Shown: one piece after another, positions 50,590 to 62,512 of the stretch
Layout: every line of letters starts with the position of its first letter
How positions within the stretch are numbered: position 1 is the stretch's first letter
Assembly (NCBI GenBank): GCA_051313645.2
Contig: JBNRSN020000001.1
Coordinates: forward strand, 54,126,001-54,190,000
DNA: 64,000 nt
Direction of reading: 5' to 3'
Source of the DNA: Centroscyllium fabricii
Lineage: Eukaryota
Made by a program: the position numbers and the translations under genes
The notes under the pieces: model-generated
The model's input: only the letters and a program-made list of their open reading frames with translations
The model's database searches: none
Told to the model about the DNA's origin: nothing

Positions 50590-50878
50590 CATAAGAACAT
50601 AAGAACATAAGAAATAGGAGCAGGAGTAGGCCAATCGGCCCCTATAGCCTGCTCCGCCATTCAATAAGATCATGGCTGATCTGATCCTAACCTCAATTCT
50701 ACTTTCACTCTCCATCTCCCGAACCCATGTGATCTCCCAGGAGAGGCGAAAAACCAGATAAAAAACCCAGTGGCCAATTTGGGAGAAAAAATCTGGGAAA
50801 TTCCTCTCCGACCCATCTAGGCGATCAAAACTTGTCCAGGAGATCACATGGCCGATCTGAACCTAGCCTCACGTCACA
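50590..50878 (-). mobile_element. CR1 3' tail fragment with an internal inverted-repeat segment
   Basis: (aagaacat)n tail; catgtgatctcc...ggagatcacatg inverted pair at about 50726-50850. Confidence 0.65.
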
Positions 50879-51035
50879 CCTTGGCTGTGAATGGAGAACA
50901 ACATTACACAGAAACTTAAGAAGTTACATAGGTTATTTATTTAAGCAATAAGAGACACATGTGCCCTTAACTGAAGAACAATTGCAACCAGTCTTTCAGT
51001 TGGACAAGGAAGTCCAGAAAATGACAAATTGTGTT

Positions 51036-51351
51036 ACATAGAAACACAGAAGATAGGAGCAGGAGTAGGACATTCGGCCCTTCGAGCCTGCTCCGCCATT
51101 CAATGAGATCAAGGCTGATCATCCAAACCCAGCACCCTGCCCCTGCCCTCTCCCCATATCCCTCGATCCCTATTGAGCCTGCACTGACACATATCCCACC
51201 CTATCCCTGTAACCCACATATTCAATCACCCTAACGCACTAAGGGTCAATTTATCATGGCCAATCAACCTAACCCGCACATCTTTGGACTGTGGGAGGAA
51301 ACCGGAGCACCCGGAGGAAACTCACGCAGACACGGGGTGAATGTGCAAACT
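51036..51351 (-). mobile_element. 5'-truncated HE1-type V-SINE (long tail)
   Basis: Homologous to the other copies. Confidence 0.88.
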
Positions 51352-51444
51352 TTAGTTGTTCAGTCTTTACAGGTATTTGATATTTGATTTGCTTGTCCTT
51401 CTTAAAATATTTGTTTAAAAGACTAGAATGTACATTCAGGTTCG

Positions 51445-51745
51445 AAATCCTTCAATTCTGGCCCCTTGTGCATCCTCTATTTTAATCGCTCCACTGTTGG
51501 CGGCCATGCTTCCAGCTGCCAACGCACTAAGCTCTGGAATTCCCTCCCTAAACCTCTCCACCTCTCTACCGCTCTTTCCTCCTTTAAGACGCTCCTAAAA
51601 CCTACCTCTTTGACCAAGCTTTTGGACATCTGTCCTAACATCTCCTTATGTGGCTCGGTGACAAATTTTGTTTGATAATCACTCCTGTGAAGTGCCTGGG
51701 GACATTTTACTACCTTAAAGGCGCTATATAAATGCAAGATGTTGT
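51445..51745 (+). mobile_element. L2 LINE 3' end
   Basis: GGHASS..KLWNSLP..L...SSFKTLLK; tail aaaggcgctatataaatgcaag shared with SacSINE1. Confidence 0.8.
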
Positions 51746-51915
51746 TCTAAGAAATGATACTTCCAATCCATAATGAGTCATATTATTGACAATATGAACA
51801 TGGATTTTTCTACATCAGCATTAGCTTATGTAACACAGCAAATGTTAAAAATGCACTCCTGTTTTGTACACTTTCCTAATAGATGTCCAAACAAGCTGGA
51901 TAAACAGTTGTATAC

Positions 51916-54900
51916 TGTTGTGTATGTACCCTTAAGTGATTTTACTGAGCACTACTTTGTGTAGTGCCGTAATACTGTAGTACCGCGGTGAACCACTAGA
52001 GCATATATGTTCCGGAGTGGAGCGATTTGCTTAGTTCAAAGTTCTGCCTTAGATCACTAAAGACCATATTTATTTAAGTCTGGACTCGTGTATTTATTTA
52101 TAAGTTAAATAACGTGGACTTAACACTGGCGACGAGGTCGGTCAAATCCACGGGTGCCAAAGCAGAAAAGAAAAGGAAAAGAAAAGTTTCCTCAAGATTT
52201 TTTTTCTTGCTCAACATCGACGATTGTCGAGAGAAAGGACCCACCCTACACTCCAGCAACGGGTGTGATGACGGTTTAACACAGAAGAAAGAAGGAACGA
52301 TCTAAGAGACAGCCAGCACTCCAGCACCAAGGAGTGGCGTTGGCAGCAGACAGAACAGCCAGCACTCTAGCAGCAAGGAGTGGCATTGGCAATTGCAGGA
52401 ACGACCAGCTCTCCAGTAAAGAGGGGAGCTGTGGGAAAGACCAGCACCCCAACATAGAGCGAGTGTTGGTGCCAGCACTCCAGAAACAGGGAGTGGCCGT
52501 ACAGCAGCTGGAACAGGCCTATCCTCAGCACTCGAACAGCGGCGTCGACGATAATCCAGAAGTGGGTAGTCGGGCCGTCCCGAGAGAGAGAGGAGCCAAT
52601 CCGGGAGAGACGCACTGCTGTGAGAGAGAGGGCGGCATAGGAAGCCCGCGGGGCAGACAAGCGGCAACCAGACACCGGAAACCAGCATGGCAGAGGTAGC
52701 CCAGCACCTCAGGCTGTAGAGGATCAAGCTTGGTCCTCCAGCCACGGAAGATGGGTGAGTCCAAGGGATCCGCATATCCTTCCCAGTAATCGCGGGTGAG
52801 AGTAAACCAGCGGGGAAGGGAGAAGAAAGAAGAGAAAGCCATCTTCAGGCGGGGCAGCGCCGGAAGAGAAAGTGAAAGGGCGGGAAAATGCCATCTTCGG
52901 CCGGGGCAGCGCCGGAAGAGAAGGCAAAAAGGGCGGGAAGAGACGCCATTTTCAACGCCATTTTCAACGTCATTGGGGAAGATCAAGCCTGACAAATGTA
53001 AATACCTTCGGGGCCTTTCATTTAGAAAAGGAAAACTGGGAGTCACACCTCGAAAGATTCGATATTTATTGTGAAGTGCAGAAAGTAGTTGAAGCCAACA
53101 AAGTCAATGCCTTGCTAAATGCGATGGGGCCGGAAACGTATGGACTGTTGAGAACACTGGTGTCTCCAGACAAACCAGCAACTAAAACACTGAAACAAAT
53201 TATTGATATCCTAAAAGACAAGTTGAACCCCAAACCACCGTTTATTGTGGAACGCTTTAAATTTTTCAAACGTGACCAACACCAGGGAGAGTCACAGTCG
53301 GAATATTTGACAGAATTGAAACGATTGGCTAGAAATTGTGCATTTGGAGTCGAATTAACAAATTATCTACGAGACAGATTTGTGTGTGGACTTCAAGATG
53401 AAGCCACCCAAAAGCGACTATTAATAAAGAAAATGCTCACACTAGAGCAGGCAATTGAAATAGCAGCCGCTCACGAGGCTGCGGCAGTGGGGACAGCAGA
53501 GATAAGAAATAATGGAACAGAATTCAACACTCACGAGGTGACGAGTTATACTGATAGGTGTTACTGCTGTGGCAAGACCACACACGAGCAGACCAAGTGC
53601 TGGTTCCGAAACAAAAGTTGTCGACAGTGTGGCAAAACTGGACATATTGCGGCAAAGTGTAGATCGGGGAACCAAACGAAAACAATACAGAAACCACCCA
53701 GGTTTAGAAAAGACCGGGAGGTACATCAAATGTCTGAGGACAGCTCGGATGAAGCAAGGGCATCATCTAAAGTAGAGAAAGCGGGACTAGTACGTCTCAA
53801 GATTACCAAAATAGACGACACTATGGACCGTCAGCCCATTTGCATACCTGTACAGGTCGCCGGGGTGCACTTAAGTATGGAATTAGATACTGGGTTAGCC
53901 CTCTCACTGATCAATGAGGGAAACTATAAAAGGATGTCGGGTCCAATACCTTTGGAGGACACGCCTGTGGTCTTCCGAACGTACACGGGACAAGAGTTCC
54001 AAGCAGTGGGGAGATTAACAGTACCAGTACGGTGCGGAGCCAGGGAAGTGGCAGGACTGCATCTGTATGTGGTGAAGAATGGAGGAGCTCCACTACTGGG
54101 ACTGGAGTGGATAAGAAGAATAAAAATTGGTTGGATCATAAAATGTGGCACACAAGTCGAGGGTGCCCAAGCTGATGTACTCACTACAGCCAAACTGCAG
54201 AGAAATCGGAGGGATATCCTGTTCCTAGAGAAAGGACTACAGGAAGTCAGAGATCAAATTTAAGAGGGACAGAATAGACAAAGCGAACAAGAACAGCAAA
54301 ACATAGAGATGCATGAAAACACACACTCAGCATGGCAGGCTGCTGAATGCAAACTCTGGCAAGAAAGAGATCGCAGGAGGAGAGAGTTTGAAGATAAACC
54401 TCTACAACACAAGCTGAAAATGGAACAACAAATGCACAACTTGCGTTTTCAAGTAAAAATTACGTTACATCAACAACACGAAATGGACGAGATACAACAG
54501 AAAGCAAACATAATGAATGAAGACCTAAAAAGGGAAGTGGAAAGAGTGGAGGCTCTGACAAAAGCACTGGGTGAATTGGACAGAAGTAAAAAGGCCACTC
54601 CATCAGGACCAAGTCTGTCAAGCAATGCTAGTCCTGGACCACCAGTGAAACAACGCAACCTTTGAGTGCGAGCAGAGGTCGAAACAGATTGTGATACGCT
54701 CATAGAACCACCAAAAGAAGAAAGAAAAACCTCAAGAAACAAAGAAGTGTTAAGATGTTAAAATGTAATTTGTTAAAATGTTAGAATGGATCGAAGATGT
54801 AAAAACGATGTAAACTGTTATTAAGAAGTTATGGTGTTAACATGTACAAATGTTGTAACTGTTATTGAGAAGTTATGGTACCAACAAAGTTGATGTCAAC

Positions 54901-55403
54901 TGTTGTTAAGGAGTTATTGTATTAACAAAAATGGTGACAGACTGTGATAAATAAGTTACTGTGTTCATAATAGTAAAAGGAACCGAACTGGCCAGAAAGA
55001 ACCAACTGGACATTAACTGCAACTGTAATCAAGGTTACTTCCGCGGAGGGTAGATTAGATAAGTCCCTATGAAGCATCTGAAAATTGTTGTAAGTACTAA
55101 TTTGAGTCGAACCATGTATGTAACTAATCGTACTGTGGGGATACCTTTGTATGCTTCTTATCGCACCTTACGATAAAATTAAGACAGGAGGAATGTTGTG
55201 TATGTACCCTTAAGTGATTTTACTGAGCACTACTTTGTGTAGCGCCGTAATACTGTAGTACCGCGGTGAACCACTAGAGTATATATGTTGCGGAGTGGAG
55301 CGATATGCTCAGTTCCACGTTCTGCCTTAGATCACTAAAGACCATATTTATTTAAGTCTGGACTCGTGTATTTATTTATAAGTTAAATAACGCGGACTTA
55401 ACA
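51916..55403 (+). mobile_element. Non-autonomous Mag-like LTR element B (Gag-PR-coiled coil; no RT/IN)
   Basis: 210-bp LTRs at 51916-52125 and 55194-55403 (about 8 differences); TSD tatac; PBS tggcgacgagg at 52127; PPT aagacaggaggaa. Confidence 0.95.
52872..54665 (+). CDS. Gag-protease-coiled-coil polyprotein with one in-frame TAA at 54261-54263; true start probably near 52989
   Basis: WESHLERFDIYCEVQ, two zinc knuckles, MELDTG, LLGLEW; ORFs 52872 and 54309 share a frame. Confidence 0.85.
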
Positions 55404-55473
55404 TATACGGTACAAAAGTCAACTAGGAAACAGTTTGTTAATCTTCTTTGTGTTTACCAAGTGAATGTTCATA

Positions 55474-55859
55474 CAGGTCCGGCACCGTTAATCCGGCACC
55501 ATCAGGACCAGGCCGGTGCCGGACTAGTGAAAAATCCGAACGACTGAAGTTTCGGCGAGTGCATGAGCAGACCATTCAAAATGACCTCCACACAGGCGCA
55601 GACCATTCAAACTGGCCGCTGCACATGCGCAGACCATTCAAAAAGGCCTCCACACAGGTGCAGACCATTCAAAATGGCCACTGCGCATGCGCAGACCATT
55701 CAAAATGGCCTCCACGCATGCGCAGACTATTCAAAATGGTCGGGGAGAGGCCCGCGCCTCGCGAACGTCCCTGAGATCACGTGGGCTGGCCAGACAGATT
55801 CGTGCCGGACCACTGAGGTTGCCAGACCATCGGGTCCCGGATTAACGGTGCACAACCTG
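55474..55859. mobile_element. pogo/Tigger-like MITE with internal ~31-bp repeats
   Basis: TIRs caggt..gcaccgttaatccgg / ccggattaacggtgc..acctg; TA TSD. Confidence 0.85.
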
Positions 55860-56104
55860 TATTGGCATGGCAGCCTGTGATTGGCCTGTGTGCAAGCACA
55901 CAATTTAAAGTCTGTTGCCAAAGTATCTTCAAAGTTAACAGTCAGGTAATAACTGAGCAAACATCACAACACACAACTTCAGTGCTCAAATTTAAAAAAG
56001 GAAAACAAGAACTTGTACTTATCGAGCACCTTTCATGTATCCAAGGACTCCAAAAGTGCCTCATAGCCAATTAATAATTTTTTCAAGTGTCGTCACTGAT
56101 GATT

Positions 56105-56430
56105 TTTAAAAATTTGTTCCTGGGATGCGGGCGTCGCTGGCAAGGCCAGCATTTATTGCCCATCCCTAGTTGTCCTTGAGAAGGTGGTGGTGAGCCGCCT
56201 TCTTGAACCGCTGCAGTCCGTGTGGTGAAGGTGCTCCCACGGCGCTGTTAGGGAGGGAGTTCCAGGAGTTTGACTCAGCGACGATGAAGGAACGATGATA
56301 TATTTCCAAGTCAGGATGATGTATGACTCGGAGGGGAACTTGGAGGTGGTGGTGTTCCCACGCGCCTGCTGCCCTTGTCCTTCTAGGTGGTAGAGGTCAC
56401 GGGTTTGGGGTGTGCTGTCGAAGAAGCCTT
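56105..56430 (-). mobile_element. CR1-group LINE 3' fragment
   Basis: Homologous to 20575-20900. Confidence 0.85.
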
Positions 56431-56893
56431 GACGTGATACTGCAGTGTAGTGTTATATTGGAAAATGCAGCAGCAAATTTGTGCGCAGCAAGGTCCCATG
56501 AGCAGTGAATAAGATAAAGGATTAGTTAAACTGTTTTGGTGATGTTGGTAGAGAGGTGAATGTCCTGGATAGGACACTGGGAGAACTGTATATTATATGA
56601 AGAGCTTGAAACCTTAATTCAAAGAGTGCTGGACCTTTTTGTTCATCTTTTCAGCCGGTATAATTTGAGGATATATTTCAAGTCGCGCTCTCCCGATCAA
56701 AGTCTGCGATTGAGTGAAATTCACAAAGACCTAACTTCAAAGACAGTTTTGCTAGGTACAGTGAATGCGTGAGTGCATTAAACTGGCTAGGATGAAAAGA
56801 TGCTAAACTCAAGCAAGCAATTGCCTCAAACAGCATAGTTCACGTATTTCATGTAATCATTAATGCAAGAAGTCACACAACACCAGATTGTAG

Positions 56894-59351
56894 TGACGTA
56901 TCGTCAATGAAGCAAAGACGAGTAGTTTTCCTTAACTAGAGGTTTTTATTCACTTTACAATGGAGCTACTCTCCAGTCAAACATTGAGTACAGAATGAAT
57001 GGGGGCAGGTCAGACCCCACCTATAAGGCACTCACCTGAGGGGAGGAGTTAGAGGTGTGGCTGACCTGACCTCGTGACAGTGTTGTTATACAAAACTATG
57101 TACAATGCACCCAGCCACTATACATGCTGGTCTGTAGTGTGCTCAACTATTTACACTGGTAATCATGATTACCACATTCACCCCTTCTTTAAAAATTGAG
57201 TCTGGCGGGGTGAATGGACAGAACCTGTTAATGCAGGGAAGGAAGAACATTTTTTTTGCATATTATTGTAGGAGTCCAGCTCAACAGTTCACAATAAGTC
57301 TCTCCGGCGGTCGTGTCTGCCTTGAGGACCGCTGGGGTTCTGGCAGCGGTGCTGGTGCCAGTAGTGGCGGCGGGGCCGGGTCCTCCGGCAGCTGTGTCTG
57401 TGGTGTGGCGTCCGGTTCTTGGTCCTTGCTGACCGCCTTCCAGCTGATCCCGTTCTCCCTTTCTACCTGGCCGTTCCCCCGGGGGTTGTAACTGGTCGTT
57501 CTGCTTGAGGCAACCCCTTTCTGAAGCAGAAACTGACGCAGTTCGTCGCTCATGAACGACGACCCCCGGTCGCTATGGATGTAGCTGGGGAGACTGAAAA
57601 TGGCGAACAGCATGGTGAAGTGTTTGATCACCGTTGCGCTCGTCATATCTGGGAAGGGGAAGCGGGAGAACTCGTCTACGACCGTGAGGAAGTACGAGTT
57701 GCGGTCGGTGGAGAGGAGGGAGCCTTTGAAGTCCACGCTTAGACGTTCAAAGGGGCGGGTTGCTTGATGAGGTGTGCCATGTCTGGCCTGTAAAATTGGG
57801 GTTTGCACTCGGCGGAAACACGGCACTCTCGGGTCATAGCCTTGATCTCCGTGATGGAATAGGGGAGGCTACGAGATTTAATGAAATGGGCAAGTCTGGT
57901 GATACCCGGCTGGCAGAGGCGATCGTGGAGTTCCTTCAGCCGGTCTAGCTGGGCACTGGCGGACGTTCCCCTGGACAGTGCGTCCGGGGGTTAATTGAGT
58001 TTGCCTGGTCGGTAAAGAATGTCATACTCGTAAGTCGAGAGCTCGATCCACAACTGCAGGATCTTATCATTCTTGATTTTACCCTTTTGTTTATTGGTAA
58101 ACATAAACGCGACCGACCGTTGGTCGGTGAGCAGGGTAAAACGCTTACCGGCCAGGTAATGACGCCAGTAGTGCACGGCCTGCACGATGGCCTGGGCCTC
58201 CTTTTCCACTGCAGAGTGGCGAGTTTCGGGTCCCTGTAGGGTGCGGGAGAAAAACGCTACGGGCCTGCCTGCCTGATACAGGGTGGCGGCAAGGGCAAAG
58301 TCCGAAGCGTCACTCTCCACCTGGAAAGGGATGGACTCATCAACGGCGTGCATGGTTGCCTTGATAATATCTTCCTTGATCCGGGCGAACGCCGTGTGGG
58401 CTTCTACCGAGAGGGGAAAGTCGGCAGCCTTGAGGAGCGGTCTGGCCTTATCCGCGAACTGGGGAACCCATTGCGCGTAATTGGAGAGAAATCCCAGACA
58501 TCTCTTCAGGGCTTTGGGGTTATGAGGTAAGGGCAGTTCCTGTAAGGGGCGCATGCGCTGTGGGTCGGGGCCAAGGACCCCGTTTTCCACTACGTATCCG
58601 AGGATGGCGAGCCGATCTGTACTAAAGACACACTTGTCTTTATTGTACGTGAGATCGAGCCGTTTCGCCGTGTGGAGGAATTTGGCCAGGTTGGCATCGT
58701 GGTCCTGCTGGTCACGGCCGCAGATGATCATGTTGTCCAGGTAGGGGAAAGTGGCCTGCAACCCGTTCTGGTCAACCAAACGGTCCATCTCCCTCTGGAA
58801 TACCGACACTCTGTTGGTCACGCCGAAGGGGACCTGGAGGAAGTGGTAGAGCCGACCGTTCGCCTCGAAGGCGGTGTACGGGCGGTCGGCTTTCCAGATC
58901 GGGAGTTGGTGATACGCCGACTTAAGGTCGATTGTGGAGAATACCTTATACTGGGCGATCTGGTTAACCATTTCCGAGATGCGGGGAAGGGGATAGGCGT
59001 CGAGCCCGGTGTAGCGCTTAATGTCTGGCTGTCGTCGATCACCATCCGCAGTTACTCGCCAATCTTAACCACTATGACCTGGGCCCGCCAGGAGCTGGTG
59101 CTGGCTTCAATTATCCCCTCCTGCAGCATACGCTCGACCTCCGACCTGATAAATGCCCGATCCCCTGCACTGTAACGCCGACTCTTGGTAGCAGTGGGTT
59201 TGCAGTTGGGGTCGATGTTGGCGAACAGCGAGGGGGGGTCGACTTTCAGGGTGGATAGGCCACAAGTCGGGCTCCGCTTTTGGAAGAGATTGTCCCGGCT
59301 ACTGACGGCGAGTGGGGGCAGGGTCCCGCCGAACTCCATTGTCACGCTCTT
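56894..59351 (-). mobile_element. pol: Gypsy element 1: 3' LTR 56894-57176 plus pol (RT, RNaseH, partly deleted IN)
   Basis: PPT adjacent to LTR; YLDN, ESDASD, HSDRG motifs; interrupted at 59351. Confidence 0.92.
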
Positions 59352-62300
59352 TGACGTATCGTCAATAATATAAAGACGCGTAGTTACCTTAACTAAAGGC
59401 TTTTATTAGCTTTACAAAGGAGCTATGCTCCGGTCGAACATCAGGTACAGAATGAATGGGGGCAGGTCAGACCCCACCTATGAGGCACTCACCTGAGGGG
59501 AGGAGTTAGAGGTGCGGCTGAACTGACCCTGCGACAGTGTCGCAATACAAAGCTCTGTATAGTGCACCCAGCCGCTATACATGCTGGTTAATATTGTGCA
59601 TCAATATTACAGTGGTAATAAGCATTATATAACAGTTACCACATTCACCCCTTCTTTGAAAATTAAGTCCGGTGGGGTGAATGGACAGAGCAGTTCATAA
59701 TGAGTCTCTCCGGTGGTCGCGTCTGCCTTGAGGGCCGCCGGGTCTCTGTCAGTGGCGCTGGTGCCTGCAGTGTCAGCGGAGCTGGTGCCGGTAGTGTCGA
59801 TGGCGCTGGTGCCAGTAGTGTCGTCGGCGCTGGTGCCGGTAGTGTCGGTGCTGGTGCTGGTAGTGGCGGTGGGGTCGGGCCCTCCGGTTGCTGCTGTGCC
59901 TGCGGTGCGTCGTCCGGTTCTTGGTCCTCGGCTGGTAGTGGCGGGGGCTACGGTGTGTGTGTGTGCATCGGCCAAAATCCGGTGGGTTGTTGTTGGTATG
60001 TAGGCCAGTGGTTGATAGGTAGTGGCTGGTCAGGCTGAGGCTCGACCAGGGGCTGTGCTGTGGTGCTCCCGGCGGGTGCTAGGTCCCTGATGGAGACTGT
60101 GTCATTGCGCCCGTCTGGGAACTGCACGTATGCATACTGTTGGTTGGCGTGCAGTAGCTGCACCTTCTCCACCAGGGGTTCGGTCTTATGGCTGCGGACA
60201 TGCTTTCTAAGTAAGACCGGCCCTGGCATCGTGTGCCATGGTGGAAGTGCTGTCCCCGAAGTCGACTTCCTGGGGAAGGAAAAGAGCAATTCGTGAGGTG
60301 TGGCGTTGGTAGCCGTACACAGCAGAGAGCGGATCGAGTTCAGCGCATCTGGGAGGACTGCCTGCCAACGGGACACTGGAAGGCCTCTGGACTTCAGGGC
60401 CAGGCTGACCGCCTTCCAGATGATCCCGTTCTCCCTTTCTTCCTGGCCGTTCCCCCAGGGGTTGTAACTGGTCGTTCTGCTTGAGGCAACCCCTTTCTGA
60501 AGCAGAAAGTGACGCAGTTTGTCGCTCATGAACGACGACCCCCGGTCGCTATGGATGTAGCTGGGAAGACCGAAAATGGCGAACAGCGTGGAGAAGTGTT
60601 TGATCACCGTTGCGCTCGTCATATCTGGGCAGGGCAAGGCGAAGGGGAAGCGGGAGAACTCGTCTACGACCGTGAGGAAGTACGAGTTGCGGTCGGTGGA
60701 GTGGAGGGGGCCTTTGAAGTCTACGCTTAGACGCTCAAATGGGCGGGTGGCCTTAATGAGGTGTGCCGTGTCTGGCCTGTAAAATTGGGGTTTGCACTTG
60801 GCGCAAACAGGGCACTCTCGGGTTATAGCCTTGATCTCCGTGATGGAGTAGGGGAGGCTACGAGATTTAACGAAGTGGGCAAGTCAAGTCTGGTGATACC
60901 CGGGTGGCAGAGGCGATCGTGGAGTTCCTTCAGCCGATCTAGCTGGGCACTGGCGCACGTTCCCCTGGACAGTGCGTCCGGGGGTTCATTGAGTTTGCCT
61001 CGTCGGTAAAGAATGTCGTACTCGTAAGTTGAGAGCTCGATCCGCCACCGAAGGATCTTATCATTCTTGATTTTACCCTTTTGTTTATTATTAAACATAA
61101 ACGCAACCGACCGTTGGTCGGTGAGCAGGGTAAAATGCTTACCGGCCAGGTAATGACGCCAGTAGCACACGGCATCCACGATGGCCTGGGCCTCCTTTTC
61201 CACTGCAGAGTGGCGAGTTTCGGGTCTCTGTAGGGTGCGGGAGAAAAATGATACGGACCTGCCTGCCTGATTCAGGGTGGCGGCAAGGGCAAAGTCTGAA
61301 GCGTCACTCTCCACCTGGAAAGGGATGGACTCATCAACGGCGTGCATGGTCGCCTTGATAATATCTTCCTTGATCCGGGCGAACGTTGTGTGGGCTTCTA
61401 CCGAGAGGGGGAAGATGGTAGCCTTGAGGAGCGGTCTGGCCTTATCCGCGAACTGGGGTACCCATTGCGCGTAATAAGAGAAAAATCCCAGACATCTCTT
61501 CAGGGCTTTGGGGTTGTGAGGAAGGGGCAGTTCCTGTAAGGGACACATACGCTGTGGGTCGGCGCCGAGGACCCCGTTTTCCACCACGTATCCGAGGATG
61601 GCGAGCCGATCTGTACTAAAGACGCACACATCTTTATTGTACGTGAGATCAAGCTGTTTCGCCGTGTGGAGAAATTTGGCCAGGTTGGCATCGTGGTCCT
61701 GCTGATCATGGCTGCAGATGGTCACGTTGTCCAGGTAGGGGAAGGTGGCCTGCAACCCGTTCTGGTCAACCATGCGGTCCATCTCCCTCTGGAATATCGA
61801 CACTCCGCTGGTCACGCCGAAGGGGACCCGGAGGAAGTGGTAGAGCCGACCATTCGCCTCGAAGGCGGTGTACGGGCGATCGGCTTTCCGGATCGGGAGC
61901 TGGTGATACGCCGACTTAAGGTCGATTGTGGAGAACACCTTGTACTGGGCGATCTGGTTAACTATTTCCGAGATGCGGGGAAGGGGGTAGGCGTCGAGCC
62001 CGGTGTAGCGGTTAATGATCTGGCTGTAGTCGATCACCATCCGCTGTTTCTCGCCAGTCTTAACCACTACGACCTGGGCCCGCCAGAAGCTGGTGCTGGC
62101 TTCAATTATCCCCTCCTTCAGCATACGCCCGACCTCCGACCTGATAAATGTCCGATCCCCTGCACTGTAACGCCGACTCTTAGTAGCAATGGGTTTGCAG
62201 TTTGGGTCGAGGTTGGCGAAAAGCGAGTGGGGGTCGACTTTCAGGGTGGAAAGGCCGCAAGTCAGGCTCCGCTTTAAGAATGGATTGTCCCGGCTACTGA

Positions 62301-62512
62301 CGGTGAGGGGGGCCAGAGTCCCGCCGAACTCCATTGTCACGCTCTTCAGGTGGCACTGGAAATCCAGTCCCAGTAAGACTGGGGCGCACAACTGCTGGAG
62401 TATGTACAATTTAAAATTACGGTACACGCAGTCCCTGACTGTGAGCGTGACGGAGCAGTAGCCGGTGACGTCCGCTGTGTGGGACTGTGAAGCAAGGGAG
62501 ACTTAGTAGCGC
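59352..62512 (-). mobile_element. pol: Gypsy element 2 nested in element 1: 3' LTR 59352-59643 plus pol
   Basis: ORFs 60823-62427 (RT/RH) and 59948-60637 (IN); interrupted in the protease at 62512. Confidence 0.92.

Noticed and set aside
44760-50590. AT-rich unique stretches as host exons or conserved elements
   Set aside because: No convincing ORF with splice sites; conservation cannot be judged without alignments
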